From Thermodesulfobacteriota bacterium (GTDB lineage: Bacteria; Desulfobacterota; BSN033; WVXP01; G020346125): DNA of 64,000 nt. Below, one piece after another: positions 11,491-21,307 of the stretch (its first letter is position 1; every line of letters starts with the position of its first letter). The notes beneath the pieces are model-generated. The model made no database searches. It was not told where the DNA came from and worked only from the letters and a program-made list of their open reading frames with translations. The translations under genes and the position numbers were made by a program. The stretch is taken from assembly GCA_041862515.1 (NCBI GenBank), contig JBGVTJ010000317.1, positions 1,890 through 65,889 on the forward strand, read 5' to 3'.

Positions 11491-12510
11491 ATGCAGAGGA
11501 ATTGGAAGGATCTCATAAAGCCTAAGAAGTTAGAGGTCGAAAGGGAAACCCTGACCCCATTTTATGGGAAATTTTACGCTGAACCTTTTGAGCGTGGATT
11601 TGGCATTACCATAGGCAACTCCCTTAGGCGAATCTTGCTGTCATCTCTTCAGGGAGCCGCCATAACCTCGGTAAATATTGACGGAGTCCTCCATGAATTC
11701 ACCAGTATCCCCGGTGTCACGGAGGATGTTACAGATATTATCCTTAACCTCAAGGAGGTTAAGATTAAACTACACGCCGATGGCCCTAAGACCATACGAA
11801 TTGAAAAGGAAGGAGAAGGGATGGTTAGGGCAGGCGATATTATCACCGATGACACGATCGAGATTATGAACCCAGATCATCCCATTGCTACCTTGTCCCC
11901 TGATGGAAAGTTGAAGATGGAGATGGTGGTTAAGCGGGGGAAGGGATATGTGCCCGCTGAGAGGAACAAGGAGGAGGACCAACCCATTGGCACCATCCCC
12001 ATCGATGCCATATTCTCACCCGTTACCAAGGTAAATTATACGGTTACCAATGCACGGGTAGGGCAGATCACCGATTACGATAAGTTGACCGTGGAGGTGT
12101 GGACCAACGGATGTGTTCGCCCGGAAGATGCCGTTGCCTATGCCGCCAAGATATTGAAGGACCAGCTCAGTATAATGATCAACTTCGAGGAGGAGGATGA
12201 GACAGACGAAGAGGAAATGGAACATGAACAGGAGCAGTTGAACGAAAACCTTTTCAAGAGCGTGGATGAATTGGAGCTTTCAGTCAGGTCTGCCAATTGC
12301 CTCAAACATGCCGACATTAGATTGATCGGAGAACTTGTCCAAAAGACGGAATCGGAGATTCTGGCGACAAAAAACTTCGGGAGGAAATCCCTGAACGAGA
12401 TCAAGGAGATATTGGCGGAAATGGGTCTCAGTTTGGGCATGAAGTTGGAAAATTTCCCTGCTCAACTCGAAGGGAAGGCCGAAGAGAATTCAACAACCCC
12501 GAATGAATAA
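11491..12510 (+). CDS. rpoA: DNA-directed RNA polymerase subunit alpha
   Basis: 339 aa; NTD and CTD ([11 protein letters not shown]) of RpoA. Confidence 0.97.
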   Translation: MQRNWKDLIKPKKLEVERETLTPFYGKFYAEPFERGFGITIGNSLRRILLSSLQGAAITSVNIDGVLHEFTSIPGVTEDVTDIILNLKEVKIKLHADGPKTIRIEKEGEGMVRAGDIITDDTIEIMNPDHPIATLSPDGKLKMEMVVKRGKGYVPAERNKEEDQPIGTIPIDAIFSPVTKVNYTVTNARVGQITDYDKLTVEVWTNGCVRPEDAVAYAAKILKDQLSIMINFEEEDETDEEEMEHEQEQLNENLFKSVDELELSVRSANCLKHADIRLIGELVQKTESEILATKNFGRKSLNEIKEILAEMGLSLGMKLENFPAQLEGKAEENSTTPNE

Positions 12511-12524
12511 GGAGAGATTCCATC

Positions 12525-13043
12525 ATGCGACATCAAAAAGCGGGGAGAAAGCTCGGTCGTGACTCAAGCCATAGGATATCCATGTTGAGAAATATGGTTA
12601 CCTCGTTTTTCGGCAAAGAGAGGATAGAGACCACGGATGCCAAGGCAAAGGAAGTTCAAAAACTCGCCGAAAAAATGATTACCCTTGGAAAACGAAGCAG
12701 CCTCCATGCAAGGAGGAATGCCCTGACCGTTATCAAAGACAGGAAAATTGTTAAAAAACTCTTTGAAGATATTGCCCCTCGCTTTCAAGACCGACAGGGG
12801 GGATATACACGAATCTTCAAAGCAGGGCATCGCCCTGGGGATGGGGCTCTTTTGAGTGTGATCGAGTTGACCACCAAAGCGCCTTCCGCCGATAAGGGAA
12901 AGGCGAAGACAAAGAAGAAAGCTTCCACATCCAAATCGGTTTCCAAAAAGAAAGGACCCACCAAAAAATCCTTGCCGAAGGGAGAAAAGGGAAAAAGATT
13001 ATCGAGGGGAAAAGGTCCTGGAGAAGGGGAAGAGACCAAGTAA
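12525..13043 (+). CDS. rplQ: 50S ribosomal protein L17 with ~50-aa lysine-rich C-terminal extension
   Basis: 172 aa; L17 core, then [32 protein letters not shown]... Confidence 0.93.
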   Translation: MRHQKAGRKLGRDSSHRISMLRNMVTSFFGKERIETTDAKAKEVQKLAEKMITLGKRSSLHARRNALTVIKDRKIVKKLFEDIAPRFQDRQGGYTRIFKAGHRPGDGALLSVIELTTKAPSADKGKAKTKKKASTSKSVSKKKGPTKKSLPKGEKGKRLSRGKGPGEGEETK

Positions 13044-13068
13044 TTCCGGTTTTGTCCAGGTAGAGGCA

Positions 13069-13935
13069 ATGCTGATCTCTCGCCCTTTTCATCGCCCGGA
13101 TATCAAAACAATGCTCGAATTAAGAAAGGTTAGTTTTACCTATAGCGATAAGGAAATAAGTGGATCTTTGCTCATAAATGGCGTTGACCTCATGGTTGAA
13201 AGGGGGGAATATATCGCCATCCTGGGGAGAAATGCGGCGGGTAAGACCACGTTGGCCAAATTGATCAAAGGCTTGCTCCGTCCCTCATCGGGGCAAATTT
13301 TAGTCGATGGACGACCAGTCAACCCAGGCGAGGGAGGGTCTAATATTGGCCTGATTTTTCCCAACCCCGATGACCAGCTCCTTTCCCCCCTAGTAGAGGA
13401 GGAGATAGCCTTTGGCTTGGAATGTATCGGGGTGGATAGGCAGATGATAAGAAAGAGGATAACGGAATATCTGGGTTTAGTTGGAATGAAGCAATTTCTC
13501 AGTTTTCCCTTACACTTCCTTTCCAAATGCCAGCAGCAAAGGGTAGCCATTGCGGCAGTCCTGGCCCTGGAACCGAATTACCTCCTCCTCGACGAGGCTA
13601 CCTCCTTCCTTGATCCCCATTGGAGAAGCCGATTCATGTCCGTTTTGTCTGAGCTGAACATCACAAGGAGGATGGCCGTCATCCACTTCACCACTTCCGT
13701 TGAGGAGGCCAGCTATGCTCATCTCATTCTCGTTTTGGAGAATGGTGAGTTAAGTGCTCAATATATCCCCGCTGAAATTTCCTCCCTTGGGAGTAGTTTA
13801 CTGGAAAAGGGCTACTGCCTTCCTCCTGTCGCCGAACTATCCCTCCTCCTTGAACAAATGGGCCACTCCATTCCCCCGGGAATCCCGACTATGGAGGAGA
13901 TGGAGGTGTTTCTCCTGAGGGCAATGAGGGATTAG
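13069..13935 (+). CDS. ABC transporter ATP-binding protein, ECF/EcfA-like, with degenerate signature motif
   Basis: Walker A GRNAAGKTT, Walker B LLLDEATSFLD, H-loop present, but LSGGQ replaced by LSKCQQQR; likely start at internal Met (13111, MLELRKVSFTY). Confidence 0.8.
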   Translation: MLISRPFHRPDIKTMLELRKVSFTYSDKEISGSLLINGVDLMVERGEYIAILGRNAAGKTTLAKLIKGLLRPSSGQILVDGRPVNPGEGGSNIGLIFPNPDDQLLSPLVEEEIAFGLECIGVDRQMIRKRITEYLGLVGMKQFLSFPLHFLSKCQQQRVAIAAVLALEPNYLLLDEATSFLDPHWRSRFMSVLSELNITRRMAVIHFTTSVEEASYAHLILVLENGELSAQYIPAEISSLGSSLLEKGYCLPPVAELSLLLEQMGHSIPPGIPTMEEMEVFLLRAMRD

Positions 13936-14174
13936 ACCTCTCCCGGCTATCGGCAATCTTGACGGCATTGTAAAAAGTTGAAATCAGACGGCAAAGAAAA
14001 AAGATCCAGATGTAAGGCGCGCAAATCCTGAGGAATGAGGCGTACATAGAAGTACGCTGCAGTGGCGAAGGATGAAGCGCAACGCAGCCCTTCGGCTTTG
14101 CTCAGGGCCGTGAGCATGTCGAACGGCAGATGGACTTTTTGCGAAGCCGTCAATCTTGAAAGAGGATAAAGCCA

Positions 14175-15056
14175 TTGGCCATCAAGATGAAGGGCAAGAA
14201 GGCCCTCCACGCTGTTATTTTCATCTTCCTTGGCGTTTTCCTTTTCATCCTCTTTCTCTATATCGGGTTCCCCTATGAAGCCCTCAAGAGAAGAATCATC
14301 GGGGAGCTGGAGGCTAAGACTCCCTTCCGTTATGAAATTGAGGAAATTCATCCTCATCCCTTATCGGGCTTAGCATTTAAGAACATAGGCGCCTATGCTC
14401 TGGTGGATTCAAAAAAGGTTAAAGTGTTAGGTGTGGAGCGGTTAAGGATTACCCTTTCCATCCTTCCCCTTGTGTGGAGAAAAGTCCACCTTCGATTTTG
14501 GGGAAGAATGTTAGATGGCACCGTGGACGGGGATTTTTCCAAAAAAGGAAGAGAGAACCAATTAACGCTTGTGGGAAGGAATGTGAATCTCCAACGCATC
14601 CAGTTTCTTCGGGAGGTTAAGGGGATGGAGATGGCGGGAATCCTGAAGGGGAAAACGCTGATGACTTTCAGGAAAGGGGATCTTTCTGGGCACTCCGGAT
14701 CAGCTGAATTTCAGATAAGCGAGGTGATGCTGAACAGATTGCCCTTGCCCGGCATAGCCCCTCTCCGAGTGGGCCACATTCAAGGTAGCATAGAACTAGA
14801 ACGTGGAAAAGTCATTATTAAGCAACTCGTCTCCTCAGGAGGGGATTTCAATGGTCAGGTACTCGGGAATATCTTCCTCAATTCCCATCTTCCCCAAAGT
14901 CGGTTCAACCTGAAGATTACGATTAAACCTTCCGGGAAATTCGATTCCAGGTATCGGATGCTTCTCTCCCTTTTCGGCCCGCAAAGCAAGACCGGGGGAG
15001 TTTACGCCTTCTCATTGGAGGGAACATTACTCCAGCCTCGTTTTGCGACGAGATGA
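14175..15056 (+). CDS. hypothetical N-terminally membrane-anchored protein (possibly GspN-like; assignment uncertain)
   Basis: 293 aa ORF with one N-terminal TM helix (LHAVIFIFLGVFLFILFLYIGF), RBS-like AGAGGATAAAG upstream. Confidence 0.6.
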   Translation: MAIKMKGKKALHAVIFIFLGVFLFILFLYIGFPYEALKRRIIGELEAKTPFRYEIEEIHPHPLSGLAFKNIGAYALVDSKKVKVLGVERLRITLSILPLVWRKVHLRFWGRMLDGTVDGDFSKKGRENQLTLVGRNVNLQRIQFLREVKGMEMAGILKGKTLMTFRKGDLSGHSGSAEFQISEVMLNRLPLPGIAPLRVGHIQGSIELERGKVIIKQLVSSGGDFNGQVLGNIFLNSHLPQSRFNLKITIKPSGKFDSRYRMLLSLFGPQSKTGGVYAFSLEGTLLQPRFATR

Positions 15057-15128
15057 GGATTGGTAGCTATGAGAAAAAGACCTCATCCTCTCATCGCGGA
15101 GGGAAGCCAACCGTGGGGTTGAATCGAA

Positions 15129-15788
15129 TTAAACCGATAGGAGATAGGCCAGGTTATCCAGGACGGTCGTGAAGAAGACGTTCTTCACGATATACCCTTC
15201 CGGAACCTCTATTTGGGCGGGGGCGAAGTTGAGGATTCCCCTGACACGGGCTTCCACAAGTTGATCCGCCACCCTCTGGGCTTGATCCGCGGGGGTCGAG
15301 ATTATCCCGATCTCGATGTTTCTCTCTGTTACTACTTCCCTCAAGGTGTCGGAATGAAGGATTTCCACGGGCTTGCCCAGCTTTTCCGATATCCTCCCAA
15401 TGACCTTAGGGGGATCGATATCGAAAGCGGCCACGATCTTATAGTTTTGCTTCAGAAAATCCTTATATGAGAAGAGCGCTGAACCCAGATTTCCCATCCC
15501 GATAATTGCCATTCTCCATTTTTTGTCCGATCCGAGGATTCGTTTAATATCGAATAACAAATCCCTGACGTAATAACCAACCCCCCTGATACCAAACTCA
15601 CCGAAGTAAGCCAAATCCTTTCTCACTTGGGCGGCGTTGACTGCGCACCGAGTGGCCAATTGGGCCGAGGAAACAACTTTTTCTCTCTTGGCCTGTAATT
15701 GCTCCAAACACCTTGAATATCTTGACAACCGCCTAATGGTCGCCTCTGGAACCTTCGAAAATTTCAACTCCCAACTAACCCCCTTCAC
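15129..15788 (-). CDS. rex: redox-sensing transcriptional repressor Rex
   Basis: 219 aa; N-terminal wHTH (PEATIRRLSRYSRCLEQL), Rossmann motif IIGMGNLGSALFSY, Rex-family C-terminus. Confidence 0.9.
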   Translation of the reverse strand: MKGVSWELKFSKVPEATIRRLSRYSRCLEQLQAKREKVVSSAQLATRCAVNAAQVRKDLAYFGEFGIRGVGYYVRDLLFDIKRILGSDKKWRMAIIGMGNLGSALFSYKDFLKQNYKIVAAFDIDPPKVIGRISEKLGKPVEILHSDTLREVVTERNIEIGIISTPADQAQRVADQLVEARVRGILNFAPAQIEVPEGYIVKNVFFTTVLDNLAYLLSV

Positions 15789-16137
15789 TGAAAAAGTGGA
15801 TGCATTTCTCGGTAATCTGAGATTCTTAACCCCCTAACTATACAGTACCTAAAACGGATATGCAAGCAGAAAGAAATTTTTTTCACAAAATCATTTGCTC
15901 CCTCAATTCTCACTCTTGGGCCATGTTTCCCCGGTGGAAACTCATACGTCCTGAATCGGTCCAGGCGATTCGTTCAGTATATCTTGACATTAACCCCATC
16001 CCCATGCTACATATGACATTGTTCAATGGTGGAAAGGGTTCAGGCATATACTCCATTTCCTTGGGTAGCTGAGAAGGATTTAGGCAACAACCCATCAATA
16101 CGGTGAGACCGTAAGATCTTCGAATGGGATTTCGACC

Positions 16138-16791
16138 GTGAATATCGGGGCTCGCTTGAGGGAAGTGAGGATCTTGAGGGGAATATCACTTCGCAATTTG
16201 GCGAGAAAGGTCGGAGTTTCAGCGAGCTTCATTTCTCAAGTCGAACAGAATAAGTGCCAACCTTCTTTGGAGACGCTACGGAAGATTTCAGAGGTGCTAG
16301 AGGTCAACACGAGCTATCTCCTTGAACCTCAAGACTATGAGCTAGCCCCATCCAAAGAAGTTGTGGAGATCCGGCTACCGAACCGGTTGCGGTACCTATC
16401 TACCTTAGCGGATTTTTTGAAGAGCGTTTGCCAAAAGAATGGGGTACCCACCGAAGACATCGAGGATATCCTCGTGGCGGTCGATGAAGCTTCCACCAAC
16501 GTTATAAAGTACGCCTATCAAGTTGGCCCCCTCAATTACTTTAAGGTGAGGGTTTCGTTAGACCGGGACCTGGTTCAGATAGACGTTCTCGATCGAGGAA
16601 AAAGGTTTAACCCCTTAGAAAACCCTCCTCGTAGCAAAAACAAGCCTTCAGGAGACGAGGAAGACTTAGGTATTGGAATCTACGTTATGAAGAAGGTGAT
16701 GGATGATATTCGCTACCGTTATTCGCCAAACGAAGGGAACCATCTGACTTTGATCAAAAGGATATTTCAATCAAAGGGGAGAGGTCAATGA
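16138..16791 (+). CDS. fusion protein: XRE-family HTH DNA-binding domain + RsbW/SpoIIAB-type anti-sigma serine kinase (HATPase_c) domain
   Basis: N-terminus LREVRILRGISLRNLARKVGVSASFISQVEQNKCQPSLETLRKISEVL = XRE HTH; C-terminus EASTNVIKYAY...LDRGKRFNP...GIGIYVMKKVMDDIRY = GHKL anti-sigma kinase. Confidence 0.8.
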   Translation: MNIGARLREVRILRGISLRNLARKVGVSASFISQVEQNKCQPSLETLRKISEVLEVNTSYLLEPQDYELAPSKEVVEIRLPNRLRYLSTLADFLKSVCQKNGVPTEDIEDILVAVDEASTNVIKYAYQVGPLNYFKVRVSLDRDLVQIDVLDRGKRFNPLENPPRSKNKPSGDEEDLGIGIYVMKKVMDDIRYRYSPNEGNHLTLIKRIFQSKGRGQ

Positions 16792-17156
16792 AGATCGAAG
16801 TTATCGATACCCAAAGGAATGACATTCATCTCGTTAAATTGGAGGGGCGATTGGATGCCAACTTCTCCTCCCAATTGGAGGATGAGATTGACAGGGTGTT
16901 GGAGCAGAAAACGAAGAGCATCATTCTGGATTTATCCGAGGTGACTTACCTGAGCAGCAGCGGCTTGAGGGTTTTGCTCGCCATCAATAAAGAAACGGAA
17001 AGGGATGGAGGCCTTGTTCTGATAAATCTTCCGGGGATCGTCAAGAGAGTTATCGAGGTCGCCGAATTGAAGGATTATCTGACCCAAGCGGATACGCTCG
17101 AGGAGGCGATGGCGCTACTGGAGGCCCAAAGGCAAGTTAAAGGAACGAGCTCATAG
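16788..17156 (+). CDS. STAS-domain anti-sigma-factor antagonist (SpoIIAA/RsbV-like)
   Basis: 122 aa; ...LDLSEVTYLSSSGLRVLL... conserved phospho-Ser region; ATGA-coupled to the upstream kinase gene. Confidence 0.88.
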   Translation: MKIEVIDTQRNDIHLVKLEGRLDANFSSQLEDEIDRVLEQKTKSIILDLSEVTYLSSSGLRVLLAINKETERDGGLVLINLPGIVKRVIEVAELKDYLTQADTLEEAMALLEAQRQVKGTSS

Positions 17157-17166
17157 GGTTTCCGAC

Positions 17167-19110
17167 ATGAATCTAAACCTCCGTCGCATGAAATTTCACT
17201 TTACCGTCTCCAGGAAATTGCTCATCTTCTTCGTTATCGTTGCTCTGGTCCCCTTGGGATTCGTCACGGCCGTCACTCTGAGACGTTTACAGGAGACGAT
17301 GAACCTATACAATCAGGCCAAAATCTCCACCAATCTGAAGACGGCCTGGGGGATCTACCAGGCAGAATTGGAAAAGATCGCCGACGGCATCCGGATCCTC
17401 TCCTCCCTGCCGGAGATTAAGCAAAAGATTCTTGACCGGGAGACCAGCGGATTAAGAAAGAAGGTCACCGTGTCCAAGCGAATCCTTAACGTCGACCTGA
17501 TCAATCTGATCGACGTTTTTGGAAATGTCCTCTGCAAGACTAATAACGATCGGGACGAGTATGCCCTCATGCATCTGGTAAGGGAGGCCCTTAAGGGAAA
17601 GGAGATTATCTCCACGGAGATCTTTACCCCCAAGGAGGTGGATATCGAGGATGATACAAGGCAGACCTATGCCCAACAGTTAACCGTTAGGTACCGGGTC
17701 ACTCCAAAAGCGAGGCCCCTCAATATCGAAAAAGGCCTGATGGGCATGGCCTTGGTGGCTTTGATCCCTGTGATGGATGAAGAAAAGGTGATTGGGGTAG
17801 TGATGGGGGCCCAATTTCTGGTGAGAAACTATAAAATCGTGGATAAGATCGTGGAGAGTGTGGGAGAGGGGACAGCCACCATCTTTCAAGACGATCTTCG
17901 GATCTCTACCAATGTCAGGGACTTGGAAGGCCACAGGGCAGTGGGTACTCGGGTATCCGAGGAGGTATACAATCAGGTGATCAAGGAGGGAAAACCCTGG
18001 AATTCCAGGGCATTTGTGGTGACGGACTGGTACATCTCCTCCTATGAACCTATCAAGAACTATTGGGGAGACCGAGTTGGCATCCTCTATGTTGGTACCA
18101 AGGAGGCCTTCTTTACTCCATTGAGCGAATCCATATTGAGGCGTACCTATCTCATCGTGATCGGGGTTCTCCTGTTTACCATTCTCCTTTCCTCGAAGAT
18201 TTCCAAAACCTTTACCCAGCCAATACTGAGCATTATCGCGAAGACCAAGGTCATTGCGCAGGGAAAATTGGATACCAGAATCGACGTCCAGAGCAAGGAT
18301 GAATTGGGGGAACTGGCAGAAGCTCTCAACACCATGACCCAGAAATTACTGGAGAACCGGGATGAGATTCTCACCAAACAGAGAATGGAGAGGGAGCTTG
18401 AGATAGCCTACGACATGCAGAAGAGGCTCCTGATCGAAAAATTTCCCGAGGTGAAGGGTTTAGAAATTGCTGGTGAGTGTATTCCCGCCACAGAAGTGGG
18501 AGGTGATTTCTATGACCTCCTCCGGGTCGGCGATGGCTACAGTACCATCGTCATCGGCGACGTGGCGGGGAAGGGGATGCCCGCGGCTATGTTCATGGGG
18601 ATTGTGAGGAGTATCATCAGAGCCGAGGGTTTTGAGAGCCTCAGTGCCTCCGAGGTCATGAAAAAGGCCAACCGATTGATCTGCTTGGATTCTCAATCCG
18701 GCATGTTCGTTACCATCTTTTATGCCATTTACAGCGAGACGGACAGAACACTGGAATATTGCAACGCTGGACATATCTATCCCATGTTGTACGATCCGGG
18801 GTCCCAAAAATTCACCTATCTCAATACGGAGGGGAGGCCTTTAGGAATAACCACCGAGAGCAATTATGAGGCAAAGAAGCTCATCCTGGAAAGGGACCAG
18901 ATTCTTACCTTGTATACTGACGGCGTGGTAGAGGCCGTTGATGAGAATAACGTCCCCTTCGGAGAAGACAGGTTGAGGGGTTTGATTCGGGAGCATTCTC
19001 AGGCGTCTGCCGTTGACATTGTTCAAAAGCTGAAGGGTGAAGTCGTTCTACACCGGGGGGCCGCCCCACAATTCGACGATATAACTCTCATTGTGGTGAA
19101 GGGCATATGA
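17167..19110 (+). CDS. membrane sensor PP2C-type serine phosphatase (RsbU/SpoIIE-like): TM - extracytoplasmic sensor domain - TM - HAMP - PP2C
   Basis: 647 aa; 2 TM helices flanking ~280-aa periplasmic domain, HAMP (ELGELAEALNTMTQKLLENRDEI), SpoIIE/PP2C motifs (GGDFYDL, GDVAGKGMPAAMFMG, DGVVEA). Confidence 0.85.
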   Translation: MNLNLRRMKFHFTVSRKLLIFFVIVALVPLGFVTAVTLRRLQETMNLYNQAKISTNLKTAWGIYQAELEKIADGIRILSSLPEIKQKILDRETSGLRKKVTVSKRILNVDLINLIDVFGNVLCKTNNDRDEYALMHLVREALKGKEIISTEIFTPKEVDIEDDTRQTYAQQLTVRYRVTPKARPLNIEKGLMGMALVALIPVMDEEKVIGVVMGAQFLVRNYKIVDKIVESVGEGTATIFQDDLRISTNVRDLEGHRAVGTRVSEEVYNQVIKEGKPWNSRAFVVTDWYISSYEPIKNYWGDRVGILYVGTKEAFFTPLSESILRRTYLIVIGVLLFTILLSSKISKTFTQPILSIIAKTKVIAQGKLDTRIDVQSKDELGELAEALNTMTQKLLENRDEILTKQRMERELEIAYDMQKRLLIEKFPEVKGLEIAGECIPATEVGGDFYDLLRVGDGYSTIVIGDVAGKGMPAAMFMGIVRSIIRAEGFESLSASEVMKKANRLICLDSQSGMFVTIFYAIYSETDRTLEYCNAGHIYPMLYDPGSQKFTYLNTEGRPLGITTESNYEAKKLILERDQILTLYTDGVVEAVDENNVPFGEDRLRGLIREHSQASAVDIVQKLKGEVVLHRGAAPQFDDITLIVVKGI

Positions 19111-19156
19111 TTCCTTCCGTGGAACAAGATCAGGGTTCGTAAATGCCTGCTTATTC

Positions 19157-21307
19157 TTACTTCTCTCTTTTCCCCTCTTTTTCCTTTTCTTCCTGTAAGG
19201 CTTTTTTGGCTCGGTCGAGCTTGAATCTCCTTGAGCTATAAGGGGTCATGCGGGAGGTGAGATTCCACGGGCCGTTGAAACTCTTGCTCTTTTCGGCCGA
19301 TTTCTCCTCCATCCTTGCGATCATCTCCTTCTCCCGTCTTTCCTCTTCCGTCTCATCTGAAATGAACTTCCTTCCTTCCATCTCCTCCAACTCCAGCGGG
19401 TGGTGAAGCTTCATCTCTTCTTCCGAGATCTTCCCGGTAATTTTCGCCCAGTTCATGGGATAGACTTCAGGATCGAACATGACGGAATAGAGGTGCCAGA
19501 CGAGGATGGTCATGCTTGCCAGGATAGCCTCATAGAAATGAATTATCCTGGCCACGTTTACACCCCAACTGGGTAAAAAGAGGCTGAAGATCTTAGGATA
19601 CCAAAGGATGAATCCCGTGAGCGTCATGACTAAGGTTCCCCACAGACCCCCAAAGTATTCGATCTTCTCTATATAGCTGTACCGCCCAAATTTCGGTCGT
19701 TTATTTGATATACCGAGATCATATCCGATCAATTTCAAGGCATCCAGGAGGTCTTGGAAGACGGGGATCAGGGCTATCATGTGGCTCCGCCCTCTTTTGG
19801 TGGATATCATGTACAGGACATGGTAGACGCCGAGGAATACTGTTACCACTCCCGCTATCCTGTGGAGCAGACCCCTCATGGGGCTGGCAGGAGGGTGAAA
19901 GAAAATCCCTACCCACCACGCATCGGGATATTTCAGTGCGAACCCCGTGACCACCAAAACGATAAAGCTTACTGCCAGGACCCCATGTTGAACCCTTTCG
20001 TTAACGGTGAGTCTCTCGTAATACTTGACCCCTTCCCGTTTCCTGACTGCCAGCCACTTCCGGATGAAATCAATCCCCCCGTGGAAGTACATGAAGACGA
20101 TCACGAGGATGATCAGGATAATATAAAATACCCTCACCCAGGAAGCTACCTTGTCCCCGATGGGGCCGGCTCCCGTTGACGGCATAAAATGGACGGGAAA
20201 CATGGCGAAGTTCTCCGAAGCACCCGGGTGACAACTTCCACATGTTTTTACAAGGTTGGACTTATGGATTGTCGACTTTGGATCGCTGGATGGCCGTATA
20301 TCGTGAACCCCATGGCAACTGGCGCAGTTGGCCGCAACCACGTCTCCTCCCTTTCTGGCCAAACCGTGGTAACTATCCAAGTAGGACTTGACCTTGATGG
20401 TGGATACCCCGTATTCCCGGGTGATCCACTCCGCTCCGTGGCATTGGGGACAGGTGGTCATGGCAATCTTCTGTTCCGCAATCGAGGAATCCGGGTCAAC
20501 CTTGGCCTTGATGCTGTGGATACCATGGCAATCGGTACAGACGGGGGATCGTCCCACCCCCTTTTTCGCCGCAAGTCCGTGGACACTTCCCTCATATTCT
20601 CGAAAAGCCTCAGGATGACACTTTCCGCAGGTGGAGCAGACATTTTGACGGGAGATGAGGGATTTTGGGTCTAAGGGACTCTTCAGATTGTGGGGGCTGT
20701 GACAGTCGCTACAGGCAGCAGCTCCCTCAATACCCCTCTTAACGGCACGTCCGTGAACGCTTTCCTTGTAAATCATCCCGGGCAATACCCGATCGGGAAT
20801 TCCCCGGTGTTCCTTCACGAAGGCCACATCGGCGTGGCATCGATCACAGGTCTCCTCCAAATTCAGGGGGTTAACCTTTGACATAATGTGGCCTTGGGGG
20901 TAGACGTAATGATAGCCGTGGCAGTCGGGACACCGAGCCGAATCCACCACACCGCGTTTGACGGCCTCTGCATGGAGGCTCCCCTGGTAAACCTTTTCCA
21001 CTTCCTCATGGCATTGGCCGCAGTTGACCGGTTTGAGCCTCGCGGTATGTTCCGCCTCCATATCCTCCAGATCGGTATGGCAACCTACACATGAGACCTC
21101 TGCATGAACGGAGTTCTCCCAGTTCGCCTTGTCCACATATAAGGAAACCTCCCTTCCTGCATCATCAACCTTAACGAGCCCCTTATCGCTATGGCATTCG
21201 AAACAGAGGCTATCCTCCTTTGCCCAGAGATCCCCAGGAGTGAGGAAACATCCAATGGTCAATAACACCAACGTCAGGACCCGAAATTGTGGTTTTGTCC
21301 TTCCCAT
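19157..21307 (-). CDS. CbcL-like inner-membrane quinol oxidoreductase: periplasmic 11-haem cytochrome c fused to HydC/FdnI-type dihaem cytochrome b, with charged cytoplasmic tail
   Basis: 716 aa; signal peptide, 11 CxxCH motifs, then 4-TM His-rich cytochrome b domain, then glutamate/lysine-rich tail ending ...NGPWNLTSRMTPYSSRRFKLDRAKKALQ. Confidence 0.85.
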   Translation of the reverse strand: MGRTKPQFRVLTLVLLTIGCFLTPGDLWAKEDSLCFECHSDKGLVKVDDAGREVSLYVDKANWENSVHAEVSCVGCHTDLEDMEAEHTARLKPVNCGQCHEEVEKVYQGSLHAEAVKRGVVDSARCPDCHGYHYVYPQGHIMSKVNPLNLEETCDRCHADVAFVKEHRGIPDRVLPGMIYKESVHGRAVKRGIEGAAACSDCHSPHNLKSPLDPKSLISRQNVCSTCGKCHPEAFREYEGSVHGLAAKKGVGRSPVCTDCHGIHSIKAKVDPDSSIAEQKIAMTTCPQCHGAEWITREYGVSTIKVKSYLDSYHGLARKGGDVVAANCASCHGVHDIRPSSDPKSTIHKSNLVKTCGSCHPGASENFAMFPVHFMPSTGAGPIGDKVASWVRVFYIILIILVIVFMYFHGGIDFIRKWLAVRKREGVKYYERLTVNERVQHGVLAVSFIVLVVTGFALKYPDAWWVGIFFHPPASPMRGLLHRIAGVVTVFLGVYHVLYMISTKRGRSHMIALIPVFQDLLDALKLIGYDLGISNKRPKFGRYSYIEKIEYFGGLWGTLVMTLTGFILWYPKIFSLFLPSWGVNVARIIHFYEAILASMTILVWHLYSVMFDPEVYPMNWAKITGKISEEEMKLHHPLELEEMEGRKFISDETEEERREKEMIARMEEKSAEKSKSFNGPWNLTSRMTPYSSRRFKLDRAKKALQEEKEKEGKREK

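Noticed and set aside
13947-14357. 136-aa minus-strand ORF overlapping the start of the 14175 gene
   Set aside because: No RBS, acidic low-complexity sequence. Overlaps a better-supported + strand gene and a hairpin-rich intergenic region.
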